From an uncultured Chloroflexia bacterium (lineage in GTDB: Bacteria > Chloroflexota > Anaerolineae > CG2-30-64-16): a stretch of DNA of 64,000 bases. The notes beneath the pieces were generated by a model. That model worked only from the letters and a program-made list of their open reading frames with translations. It ran no database searches and was not told the origin of the DNA. Numbering within the stretch: position 1 is the stretch's first letter; each line of letters begins with the position of its first letter. The translations under genes and the position numbers were made by a program. Of this stretch, positions 21,813-30,630 are shown piece after piece. The stretch lies in contig CAVZDU010000009.1 of assembly GCA_963774265.1 (NCBI GenBank), forward strand, positions 32,001-96,000. Direction: 5' to 3'.

Positions 21813-23574
21813 TCACGGGCATCCTGCTGGCTTGGTGACGGTGGCTGGGCACGCGCCGGTCTCAACCGGGAACGCCACGCTCATGCCCACGTCGAAGGAC
21901 AGGATGATCAGCGCGTCGGTAGAATTCACGTACCCGTCCGCATTCACATCGCCACAGTTCATGGGACAGTACTGCGTGCTGTCAATGCCTACGTCGGCCG
22001 AGAGGACGATCAGGGCATCGGTCGAGTTCGCCTCGCCGTCGTCATTGACGTCACCCAGGACCGAGACAGGCAGTTCCCCGCCCTCGATGGTGAAGCTGTG
22101 CACGGCCGTGGCCTGGTCCATGCGGAAGTACTGGACCGTCGTCTCATCCGGTGCCACGGTCACGAGCACGTGGCCGCAGTTGGGCTGAGTGGCGATGGTG
22201 TACCCGCTGCCGGCGGTGTACATGTTGAACCCGCTCCCGTTGTTGCCCCAGCCGGCGACGGGCATGGACAGGTAGACCACGTTATCCTTCTTCTCGTAGG
22301 CGTACTGGTGATCGTGGCCATGGAACACGGCGTCGACGCCGTAATTGTTAAAAATCGTGTGCAGCGGCTCGCTACCCCACCCGGCGCGCCTGGTGGCCCA
22401 GGAATAGGTGGTGCCATCCTCGTCGTAGCCGCCCATCTCCACCAGGTTCACGTGATTGGCGCCGGCATGGCCATAGTCCTCCTGGTTGTTTAGGCTGGCG
22501 TCGGTCGGCATCTGGTGGGTAAAGACGAACTTGTACGTGGCGTTGCTGTTCTGCAGGGTCGTCTTGACCCAGTTGAACTGCGTCTGCCCCAGGGTCCAGG
22601 ACCAGGCATCGCCGGTTCCCGTCCCGTTCGTCTCGCCGCCGCCCGGGTCGTTGACGTACGGCTTGGACGTCGTGTACCAGTAGGGGTCGATCACCATGAA
22701 CAGCGCGTCGCCCCAGGTCCAGGCGTAGTAGCTTTCCTTGTACTGATCGCCCCCCAGCAAGGGCTCAAGCGCCGTGTCGCCGGTGTAGAACCCGCCTGGC
22801 TGCGGCATCGGGAAGTACTTTTTCTGGGCTTTGGTACCGATGATGGGCAGGCTGTCCACGGGATCGCCGGCATCGTTCGGCGTGCCAGCGACGTGCCAGT
22901 TTTCCTTCTGCTCGTGGTTCCCGGGGATTAGGAACACCGGCGCCGAGTGGCTGAACAGGTTAGAAGTACTGGTACTGGTCGATGTAGGCCTGGTTGGCTC
23001 CCGCCTGATCGCTGGGATCCACATTGGTGTACATGGCCACGGTGTCGCCGAGGTCAAAGTGGAATTCCGGGTTATGAGCGGCGACCTCCTGGGCTACATT
23101 CGTCCATGTGGCCGACTGGCCCATCAGAATGCCCACGTGCGAGTCGGAGGTGAGGGTGAAGCTGAAGGTGCTGCCCGCCGCACGGGCCGTCTGGAAGGAG
23201 CGTTCCGTCCGCGTCTCCCAGGTGGAGCCACCATCGGTGCTGTATTGCATCCGGTAGTAGTACTTGGTGTTGGTGCTCAGGCTACCGAGGACTACGGTCG
23301 TGGGCGCATTGGCCGCCGCGGCCGTGTTGCCGGTAGTGGTGTATGGTCCCCCGGGCGCGGTGCCGTACTGGAAGCGCACGGTGATCGCCGTCTGGGGGAC
23401 GAAGGTGACGGAGATTGAATTGGCCGTCGGCCGGGTGAGCAGCTCCGTTCCGGTGAAGGTGATCGGCGCCGCATGAACAGGTGGTGCTGGCACGACCACC
23501 AGCGCAGAGAGCAGGACCAGGAGCGCCGTGAACCTCCCGATCGTGGCCAGATGAATCCATGATCTGTGTTGCAT
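21813..23574 (-). CDS. Secreted metallophosphoesterase with FN3-like N-domain and dockerin (enzyme E; frameshift near 22965)
   Basis: ORF 22960..23574 supplies the signal peptide, SDSH and DLGDT; ORF 21813..23057 supplies GNHE, FHGHDH and the dockerin GDVNDDGEANSTDALIVL / GDVNADGYVNSTDALIIL. Confidence 0.85.
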
Positions 23575-23682
23575 TTTGGCCTCCTCAGGCTTGCGTAATG
23601 TAATGAATTTGGTGTTCTAGGCTGCTGCCACAAGGTTCTTTTTGGAACAATCCGGTGCATCCGGCGCGTCGCGGCCGCCGGC

Positions 23683-26073
23683 TCAAGGACCACACCCCGG
23701 CGGCGGCGTTACGGTGGCCGGGCACGCGGCCGTCCCCACCGGGAACTGCACACTCATCAGTGCATCGTAGGACAGGATGATCAGCGCATCGGTGGAATTG
23801 ACCAGCCCGTCCCCGTTCGCATCGCCGCAGTTCATCGGACAGAACGCCGCCGTGTCCATGTCGGCATCGGCCGACAGCACGATCAGCGCATCGGTCGAGT
23901 TTGCCGCGCCGTCGCCGTTGACATCCCCCAGCACCCTGTCCGCACTCACCACCACCTGGCCGTCGGTGATCGCCAACTGCGGCAGCAGATTCGCAAAGGT
24001 CGTCGCGGCGGCCATGACCGTATAGCCCAAGTCCAACACACTCGTGCCTGCACCCACCGCATTGAACGTGACCTGGTACACCACGGTGTTGCCGGTCGCG
24101 CCGCTTGAATTCGCCCCGTTGAACGACAGCGAGCCGCTTCCTGCGTTCACCGCACCGGTGAACCCACCCAGTGGACCCGAGTTGCTGACGTAGCTGAGCA
24201 CCGCCGGGTCCCACGCCAGCGACCCCGTGAAACTGCCCAGCTTCGCGCCGGATGGCGTCGCACCGCTCATGTCGATGTTGATGCTCACCACCACCTGCCC
24301 GCCCACGGCCACCGTCCCCGCAGACGGCGTCGCCGCCGACGTGATGGTCCCCACTTCCACGAAGTTGGCCGTCACCGTCTTGGCGGAGGTCATGGTGACC
24401 GAGCACGTGCTGCCGCTGCAATCGCCGCTCCACGAGCTAAAGGCGTAGCCGGTGTTGGGGGTGGCCGTGACATTGACCGCCGTGTCCTCGGGATAGCTGT
24501 GCACGCCTGCCGCCGGGTTGGTCGTGGCGGCACCCACCGGATTCACCGCGACGGTCAGATCGTAGACCGGCGGCGGCAAGGTGAAGGAGTAGAGGATCTC
24601 CCCATCGTTCCCGGATAGTAAGGACCGCACATAATCCACCTGGACCTGGTCCGCAGAGACATCCACGCGGATATGGCCGCAGGCGAGCTGGATGTTGTCC
24701 CCCGTGGGGTAACCGCCGCCGTCGTTGCGATAGTCGGTGGTGCTGGTGATGTCGTCCGGTTTCGGCACCTCAAGATACACGATGCCGTCGAGCTCTTCCT
24801 TAGAGAAAAAGTGGTCATGCCCATGGAAGAGGATGTCGACGTCGTTGGCCACCAGCAGGTCATGAATCGGCATTTCCCAGCCCGGCCGTTCCGTGGCAAA
24901 GCCCTCCGTGCCATCAGCGTTCTTGCCGCCCCACTCAAAGAGCTCGGCTGCAGCAATCCCACCCCGGCCATAGGGAATCACCCCGCCGGTCAGGTGGTGA
25001 GTAAATACGAATTTCCAGGTGGCATCGCTGTCTTCCAGCGTGGCCTTCAGCCAGTCGTACTGCTGCTTGCCCAGGGTCCAGTCCCAGCGGTCACCCGACG
25101 CCTCGCCATCCGCCCCTTCCCCGCCATATCCCGCTCCATTATCATTGGGCCAGGTCATGGAGTAGTGGAACGGGTCCAGAACCACGAACAGCGCATCGCC
25201 CCATTCCCAGGCATAGTAATCCTCGTGCAGGTGATCGCCCTCGATGAGCGTGTTGCTGGTGTCGGTGTTGCCGGTGTAGAAATCGTCCGGGACCGGGTTG
25301 GGGATGTACAGCTTGCGCGCCTTGATGCCGCGGATGGCCAGCGAGCCTTCGGGCGGGGTGAACACGTCATCCCAGTTCCAGCCCTCTTCATTCTCATGGT
25401 TGCCGATGGCCAGGAAGAACGGGATTTCGGCGCCGATGATGTTCAGGGAGGCGGGCTGGCGCTGGACACGATATGCCGCATCGGCGTTCGCTTCCGTCAT
25501 CCCGTTGCCCAGGCCAGTGCCGTAGGGCGCTAGTGGGTCCATGGCGAAGGTATCGCCCAGGTCGATGTGAAAGTCGGGCGGCTCGGCCGCGATGTGGGTC
25601 AGGCTGCGCTGGTACAGATTCCTCTGCTCCGTCGTCTGCCCGCCGTACTGCCCCAGGTGCGAGTCGGAGATGATGGTAAAGGTGAAGGGGCTGCCCGGCG
25701 CGCGCTGGGTGTGGAACGAGTGCTGGCCGCCCCCCGTCCACGGGTCGCCGCTGGTGGCCCGGAAGCGCACCTGGTAGTAGTACTCGGTATCGGCCGTAAG
25801 CCCGTCGATCACCACTTCGACGGGCTCGTTCGCGGTGCACGCGGTGGCGGTTGTCTCGGAGCCGTAAGAGGGCGTGGCGCCATACTCGAGAGAAATCTGG
25901 CCGCTCTGGTCCGGGATCACGTTGGCGGTGACCGAGTGATCCGTAGGCCGGCCCAGCAGGATGCTGAAGTCGGCCACCGCCTGAGGGGCGGACACGGAGC
26001 CGCTCGCGTTCAACACGAACGCAAACAGCAGCACCAGGATCACCGGCAGCGTCAGAACTCGCCTGCGTCTCAT
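23683..26073 (-). CDS. Secreted metallophosphoesterase + InlB-B-like repeat + cohesin + dockerin (enzyme F)
   Basis: Signal peptide; SDSH/DLGDT/GNHE/FHGHDH; cohesin at about 23945-24345; dockerin at about 23755-23932. Confidence 0.88.
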   Translation of the reverse strand: MRRRRVLTLPVILVLLFAFVLNASGSVSAPQAVADFSILLGRPTDHSVTANVIPDQSGQISLEYGATPSYGSETTATACTANEPVEVVIDGLTADTEYYYQVRFRATSGDPWTGGGQHSFHTQRAPGSPFTFTIISDSHLGQYGGQTTEQRNLYQRSLTHIAAEPPDFHIDLGDTFAMDPLAPYGTGLGNGMTEANADAAYRVQRQPASLNIIGAEIPFFLAIGNHENEEGWNWDDVFTPPEGSLAIRGIKARKLYIPNPVPDDFYTGNTDTSNTLIEGDHLHEDYYAWEWGDALFVVLDPFHYSMTWPNDNGAGYGGEGADGEASGDRWDWTLGKQQYDWLKATLEDSDATWKFVFTHHLTGGVIPYGRGGIAAAELFEWGGKNADGTEGFATERPGWEMPIHDLLVANDVDILFHGHDHFFSKEELDGIVYLEVPKPDDITSTTDYRNDGGGYPTGDNIQLACGHIRVDVSADQVQVDYVRSLLSGNDGEILYSFTLPPPVYDLTVAVNPVGAATTNPAAGVHSYPEDTAVNVTATPNTGYAFSSWSGDCSGSTCSVTMTSAKTVTANFVEVGTITSAATPSAGTVAVGGQVVVSINIDMSGATPSGAKLGSFTGSLAWDPAVLSYVSNSGPLGGFTGAVNAGSGSLSFNGANSSGATGNTVVYQVTFNAVGAGTSVLDLGYTVMAAATTFANLLPQLAITDGQVVVSADRVLGDVNGDGAANSTDALIVLSADADMDTAAFCPMNCGDANGDGLVNSTDALIILSYDALMSVQFPVGTAACPATVTPPPGCGP

Positions 26074-26103
26074 CGATCCTCTCCTTTACTCGTCCGTCCC
26101 TCA

Positions 26104-26132
26104 GGCGTGAGGCCGGTCCCCGGCCTCACGCC
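26104..26132. terminator. Intergenic stem-loop between genes G and F
   Basis: GGCGTGAGGCCGG-tcc-CCGGCCTCACGCC, 13-bp perfect stem; no U-tract. Confidence 0.55.
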
Positions 26133-26157
26133 CTTCCATCAAACGAGATCCTGCAGA

Positions 26158-29100
26158 TCAGCGCGGCAGCATGCCGAACCACTTGCGGAGGCCTTCCGGC
26201 GCGCCGACGACGCATCCAGCCGGCTGAGCGGTCAAGTCAGGCTCCTCGACCGGCTCTCCCACCGGGAGCGCACCGACGCCGTAACCCACATCGTACGTCA
26301 GGATGATCAGGGCATCTGTCGAATTAGCCAGCCCATCGGCGTTCACGTCACCGTAATTCATGGGGCAGAAATCGGCGCTCGCAGCAGGCAGTCCGGCGTC
26401 GACGGTAAGGACGATAAGTGCATCGGTGGAGTCCACCGAGCCATCCAAGTTGACATCGCCCAGCAGGCGGAGGTAGTTCACACCCGCGGAATGCGCCTCG
26501 GCCGGCATGGTCAGGCTGTTCGTGGCCGCCGTGCTCTCGTCGTTAGCGGTGCCGTACCAGCTCGCGATCCCCCAGCCCGTGGCCGGGACCGCCCCGCTCA
26601 GGTTGATCAGCTCACCCGCGGCGAACTGGCCGGTTGGGCAACTGATCGAGTTGATCGCTTCGCCGGTCGGATCCGTCCCGCTGCCGGTGTGCCCCAGGGT
26701 CAGCTCGTAGCAGACCGCCGTCCACTGCGCATACAGCGTGACGTTGGCTGAGCCGATTACGAACGTATCGCCGGCATTGTAGCTGGTGCCCAAGCCGTCA
26801 GCCTGGGTGTTCCACCCCGCGAAGGTGTAGCCGGTCTTCACCAACGAGCCGGTGTTGCCCAGCACCGTCACCGTCGCACCGAAATTGTAGGGGCTCGCGG
26901 GGTCGGTCGGGGCTGTGCCGCCGGTGCTGCCGTTGCCAGCGTAGGTCACGGTGTAGCTGTTGATCGTCCACTTGGCGTACAGCGTCACGTTGGCTGCGCC
27001 GATCACGAACGTGTCGCCAGCATTGTAGCTGGTGCCCAAGCCGTCAGCCTGGGTGTTCCACCCCGCGAAGGTGTAGCCGGTCTTCACCAACGAGCCGGTG
27101 TTGCCCAGCACCGTCACCGTCGCACCGAAATTGTAGGGACTGGAGGGGTCAGTTGGGGCTGTGCCGCCGGTGCTGCCGTTGCCAGCGTAGGTCACGGTAT
27201 AGCTGTTGATCGTCCACTTGGCGTACAGCGTGACGTTGGCTGCGCCGATCACGAACGTGTCGCCAGCATTGTAGCTGGTGCCCAAGCCGTCAGCCTGGGT
27301 GTTCCACCCCGCGAAGGTGTAGCCGGTCTTCACCAACGAGCCGGTGTTGCCCAGCACCGTCACCGTCGCACCGAAATTGTAGGGGCTCGCGGGGTCGGTC
27401 GGGGCTGTGCCGCCGGTGCTGCCGTTGCCAGCGTAGGTCACGGTGTAGCTGTTGATCGTCCACTTGGCGTACAGCGTCACGTTGGCTGCGCCGATCACGA
27501 ACGTGTCGCCAGCATTGTAGCTGGTGCCCAAGCCGTCAGCCTGGGTGTTCCAGCCCGCGAAGGTGTAGCCGGTCTTCACCAACGAGCCGGTGTTGCCCAG
27601 CACCGTCACCGTCGCACCGAAATTGTAGGGGCTCGCGGGGTCGGTCGGGGCTGTGCCGCCGGTGCTGCCGTTGCCAGCGTAGGTCACGGTATAGCTGTTG
27701 ATCGTCCACTTGGCGTACAGCGTCACGTTGGCTGCGCCGATCACGAACGTGTCGCCAGCATTGTAGCTGGTGCCCAAGCCGTCAGCCTGGGTGTTCCAGC
27801 CCGCGAAGGTGTAGCCGGTCTTCACCAACGAGCCGGTGTTGCCCAGCACCGTCACGGTCGATCCAGAATTGTAGGGACTGGAGGGGTCAGTTGGGGCTGT
27901 GCCGCCGGTGCTGCCGTTGCCAGCGTAGGTGACGGTGAAGGTCGGACTGCTGGCGGTAGTAAAGGTCCACGTCGGACCCTGGATGCCGTAGAAGCCGTCG
28001 TTAACCGTCACATACCACTCATACTGCGTCGATGCCGTGAGACCCGGCCAGCTCATCGTCGCATTGGTGCCGCTGGCAACGGCGTAAGCCGTGCCCAGAT
28101 TCGTCCAGGATCCGGCTCCCACTGCCCGGCCGTAGAACGTGACATCGGTCGCGTTCCCATCCGCGTCGTTGACCGTCACTTCCAGTGTCGGCGAGGTGCT
28201 GACACCCGTCGTGCCGGAGGGCGTAGGAGACACCAGCGTTGGCTGGCTGGGCGCGGTGTTGTTGGCGAGGCAGTAGGTGACGCTCAGTACGGGAGGGGTC
28301 GTCCCTTCGCGTGAATCAAAGACCAGTGGGTCCGTTGTACCGGTCGTGTAATTCTGGATGGTCACGCCATTGTTGACCCCACCGGACACCCAGCGCTGCA
28401 CAACAGGTACACCGCCGTTGGCCACAGTGGTCAGGGGCACCGTTCTGCTGCCAGCGGGGGTAAGGTTGCTCGTCGATGCAGTCCACAGGTTTACGGTGGC
28501 GCGATCAATGGACCCGGTGGTGTTTTTCGCGCCACCCGCCGTGGTCCACGCGACGGGGGCGGGGTCATAGTTGGTCCAGGAGGCGCCCGTACCCGCGGCG
28601 CCATCGTTGGTGCCCTCCACCCAGGGTTTTGCCACGTCATACATGCTTGGAGCGTACAATGTGACAGGATCCGTGACGTTAAGTGTGATGCTGGCACTGC
28701 TAACGGCAGCGAACCACGGGATACTGCTCACGTTCCATTTCAACAACGCCCCTCGCTGGGTAGCGGTCGTTCTATCAACCTGAATCGTTGTGGCGGCGCC
28801 ATAGTTGTAGGTAGTAGCGCCGCTGGCAGCGTTCATGTAGGTATCCGCCGCCGCGTTCAGATGAACAGTATTTGAGCATGGTGCTGTCTCAGTAGGAGCA
28901 AAGTTGGCGGTTACGGACTTGTCCCCGTTCATCACGATCGTAACGGCGCCGCCGCCGGCGCTGACAAGGTCGCCGGCGTTCGCACCCACCCAACCGCTAA
29001 AGAGATAGCCGGAGCTAGGGATTGGCCTAAGCGTGACCGTCCTGCCGGCGCAGATGGAAGTCTCGACGGGGCTTTGCGTTACAGTACCGTGGGCATCGTG

Positions 29101-29955
29101 GCCGACCGTCAACGTGTGGTAGTTCGAACCCGCGCAGACCGGGTTAATTGCCGCCGCGACATCTACCCAGATGCCGGTTGGTGGTGTCGTTCCGCCCACC
29201 GTCCAACTCATCGTGACCGAGTTGGCTAAGTTGGCATCCTGGGTGCTGGCATAACCCCCCGCCTGTCCAGCCGCGAGATTCCATCCAGTCAACTGCGTAT
29301 TGCCGCCACTGGCAGTCAAGGTAGAGCCGCCACCAATGAACGCGTCGTCAAATACCAACTCGTCGCCGACGAGCCCATTCAAAGTCACACCCAAGGCGTT
29401 GCTTACGTTATCAGCGCCGTTGGTCGGCCCAATTGGATTCGTCTGGTCAACATTATAGAACCTGGCGATGCCGCCTATGACGCCGTTCGTCCCTGGGGAG
29501 GTCTTGAAGGTGACCGTTACATACCCAACTTGCCCATCCGTTGGTTCTGTCGTATACCAGATCGAGGCCCATCGAAGGAGCCAGGTATTGCTTCGCGATA
29601 TGGCCTGTTTCAAGTTTATGACCGGCCCTGAAGTGGGAGTGAATGTCACCCCGGTGATAGGTGCATCAGCCGTAGCGGGATTCCAGGACACGCCAACCAC
29701 CATCAACCTGTTTGGGTTTGAACTGATCGTGATAGTTCCTGTCCCGGAAGGGATCCTAAGAGTAGCAGAACTAGTGGTCGATGAGACAACAGTAGGAGCG
29801 CCGTCCAGTGTAACGGTGGTTGCCGCCGGCGCAAGGTCCGGCAGCGGCAACGCAGGCGCGGCGAGGACCGGCGCGGCGCTGCCCATGACCAGGGCGAAGA
29901 CGACCAAAAGGATCCAGAAGCCGGAAACCGGGTGGACACGCTGTGAGTGGTTCAT
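26158..29955 (-). CDS. Secreted non-catalytic dockerin protein: unknown N-domain, DNRLRE-like domain, FN3, five InlB B-repeats, dockerin (G)
   Basis: Signal peptide; AAADTYMN..NYG..LLKWNVSSIP..SASITLNV..FDSRE..PPVLSVTY (DNRLRE-like); TVTYAGNGSTGGTAP..KTGYTFAGWNT..TLYAKW x5; dockerin GDVNLDGSVDSTDAL / GDVNADGLANSTDAL. Confidence 0.82.
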   Translation of the reverse strand: MNHSQRVHPVSGFWILLVVFALVMGSAAPVLAAPALPLPDLAPAATTVTLDGAPTVVSSTTSSATLRIPSGTGTITISSNPNRLMVVGVSWNPATADAPITGVTFTPTSGPVINLKQAISRSNTWLLRWASIWYTTEPTDGQVGYVTVTFKTSPGTNGVIGGIARFYNVDQTNPIGPTNGADNVSNALGVTLNGLVGDELVFDDAFIGGGSTLTASGGNTQLTGWNLAAGQAGGYASTQDANLANSVTMSWTVGGTTPPTGIWVDVAAAINPVCAGSNYHTLTVGHDAHGTVTQSPVETSICAGRTVTLRPIPSSGYLFSGWVGANAGDLVSAGGGAVTIVMNGDKSVTANFAPTETAPCSNTVHLNAAADTYMNAASGATTYNYGAATTIQVDRTTATQRGALLKWNVSSIPWFAAVSSASITLNVTDPVTLYAPSMYDVAKPWVEGTNDGAAGTGASWTNYDPAPVAWTTAGGAKNTTGSIDRATVNLWTASTSNLTPAGSRTVPLTTVANGGVPVVQRWVSGGVNNGVTIQNYTTGTTDPLVFDSREGTTPPVLSVTYCLANNTAPSQPTLVSPTPSGTTGVSTSPTLEVTVNDADGNATDVTFYGRAVGAGSWTNLGTAYAVASGTNATMSWPGLTASTQYEWYVTVNDGFYGIQGPTWTFTTASSPTFTVTYAGNGSTGGTAPTDPSSPYNSGSTVTVLGNTGSLVKTGYTFAGWNTQADGLGTSYNAGDTFVIGAANVTLYAKWTINSYTVTYAGNGSTGGTAPTDPASPYNFGATVTVLGNTGSLVKTGYTFAGWNTQADGLGTSYNAGDTFVIGAANVTLYAKWTINSYTVTYAGNGSTGGTAPTDPASPYNFGATVTVLGNTGSLVKTGYTFAGWNTQADGLGTSYNAGDTFVIGAANVTLYAKWTINSYTVTYAGNGSTGGTAPTDPSSPYNFGATVTVLGNTGSLVKTGYTFAGWNTQADGLGTSYNAGDTFVIGAANVTLYAKWTINSYTVTYAGNGSTGGTAPTDPASPYNFGATVTVLGNTGSLVKTGYTFAGWNTQADGLGTSYNAGDTFVIGSANVTLYAQWTAVCYELTLGHTGSGTDPTGEAINSISCPTGQFAAGELINLSGAVPATGWGIASWYGTANDESTAATNSLTMPAEAHSAGVNYLRLLGDVNLDGSVDSTDALIVLTVDAGLPAASADFCPMNYGDVNADGLANSTDALIILTYDVGYGVGALPVGEPVEEPDLTAQPAGCVVGAPEGLRKWFGMLPR
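26720..27940 (-). repeat. Five near-identical 246-bp (82-aa) InlB-B/Listeria-Bacteroides coding repeats
   Basis: The GTAGGT-ACGGT unit recurs at about 26941, 27187, 27433, 27679 and 27925. Confidence 0.9.
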
Positions 29956-30297
29956 CGTTCCTCCTCCATGAAAATTTGGCGTTTTCCGAAGAGCGACCTA
30001 TGGACCGTCATCGTCTGGCTTCCACCTGGCGATCAGGGAGGTTCGATCACGCCAGGAGCCGTGGCTCGCTGAAAGCCAGTCAGGCGGCAGGGACGTATTC
30101 AGTTGTCAGGGACGAACGCGCAATTCGTAAGGGACAGGCGCGCATGCCGGCAAAAGGCAGCTGCCGGATGCTCAAGGCGAAGTTCTGATTGATCAGATCG
30201 ACACGACAGACAACTCATGCGGTCGCAAAGGTCTACCCATGGAGAGGCAATTGACACATTACGTAGTGGGTGCATTTGCAATTCAGCTTACAAAAAT

Positions 30298-30328
30298 ATT
30301 ATATCACAAGTGAAACGACTTAAGTCAA
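30298..30328 (-). promoter_or_regulatory. Putative promoter of the cohesin-dockerin cluster
   Basis: Minus-strand TTGACT (30323-30328) and extended -10 TGaTATAAT (30298-30306) in an AT-rich patch; the spacer is long (19 nt). Confidence 0.5.
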
Positions 30329-30441
30329 GTGAGATTCCCGTGAAAATCCTTAAAGATTGCGGACCGCCAAGAGACCTGCCCTCTCTGTCACACGAGCACG
30401 AGTTCGGACAGCAAAGGAGCCACGGAAACCGCGCGCCCAAC

Positions 30442-30471
30442 TTGCCGCACGCCGGTCCCTTGTGCTATACT
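30442..30471 (+). promoter_or_regulatory. Putative rpsB promoter
   Basis: TTGCCG-18 nt-TATACT with a TG extension. Confidence 0.55.
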
Positions 30472-30496
30472 CTTTTGTCGGGCCAAAGGCCCAAGT

Positions 30497-30613
30497 ATAC
30501 ACGCCTGCGCTCAGACTGGCCGTGCCCGGACGCCTGCGGTAAGGCGCCAAGCGGAAGCGCTAAACCGCACGTATGCCGGGTCCCAGGTCATTGTCGCAGG
30601 CGGAAGTCCAAAC
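30497..30613 (+). ncRNA. rpsB 5' leader (S2 autoregulatory / t44-like element)
   Basis: ACACGCCTGCG ... CGCAGGCGGAAG closing stem directly upstream of rpsB, the position and layout expected of S2 leaders. Confidence 0.6.
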
Positions 30614-30630
30614 GGAAAGGGAGAACTGTC

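Noticed and set aside
11640-25990. Calling the enzymes purple acid phosphatases or PhoD
   Set aside because: They show DxH and GDT instead of the DxG/GDxxY tyrosinate signature, so only the superfamily-level call is supported.
16792-27940. CRISPR array or mobile-element repeats
   Set aside because: The repeats are roughly 240-255 bp, multiples of three, in frame within secreted proteins and lack unique spacers. No cas, transposase or integrase gene was seen.
11382-29955. Conventional cellulosome
   Set aside because: No glycoside hydrolase, lyase, CBM3 or SLH module is recognisable in the window; the catalytic cargo is metallophosphoesterase. Dockerin-bearing CAZymes elsewhere in the genome cannot be excluded.
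29956-30290. Riboswitch (for example c-di-GMP) in the cluster leader
   Set aside because: I could not find the conserved motifs on either strand by eye; an Rfam scan would be needed.
30217-30630. 138-aa N-terminal extension of S2 in the ORF track
   Set aside because: The region contains promoter elements and the S2 leader; the conserved protein starts at GTG 30631 after a purine-rich RBS.
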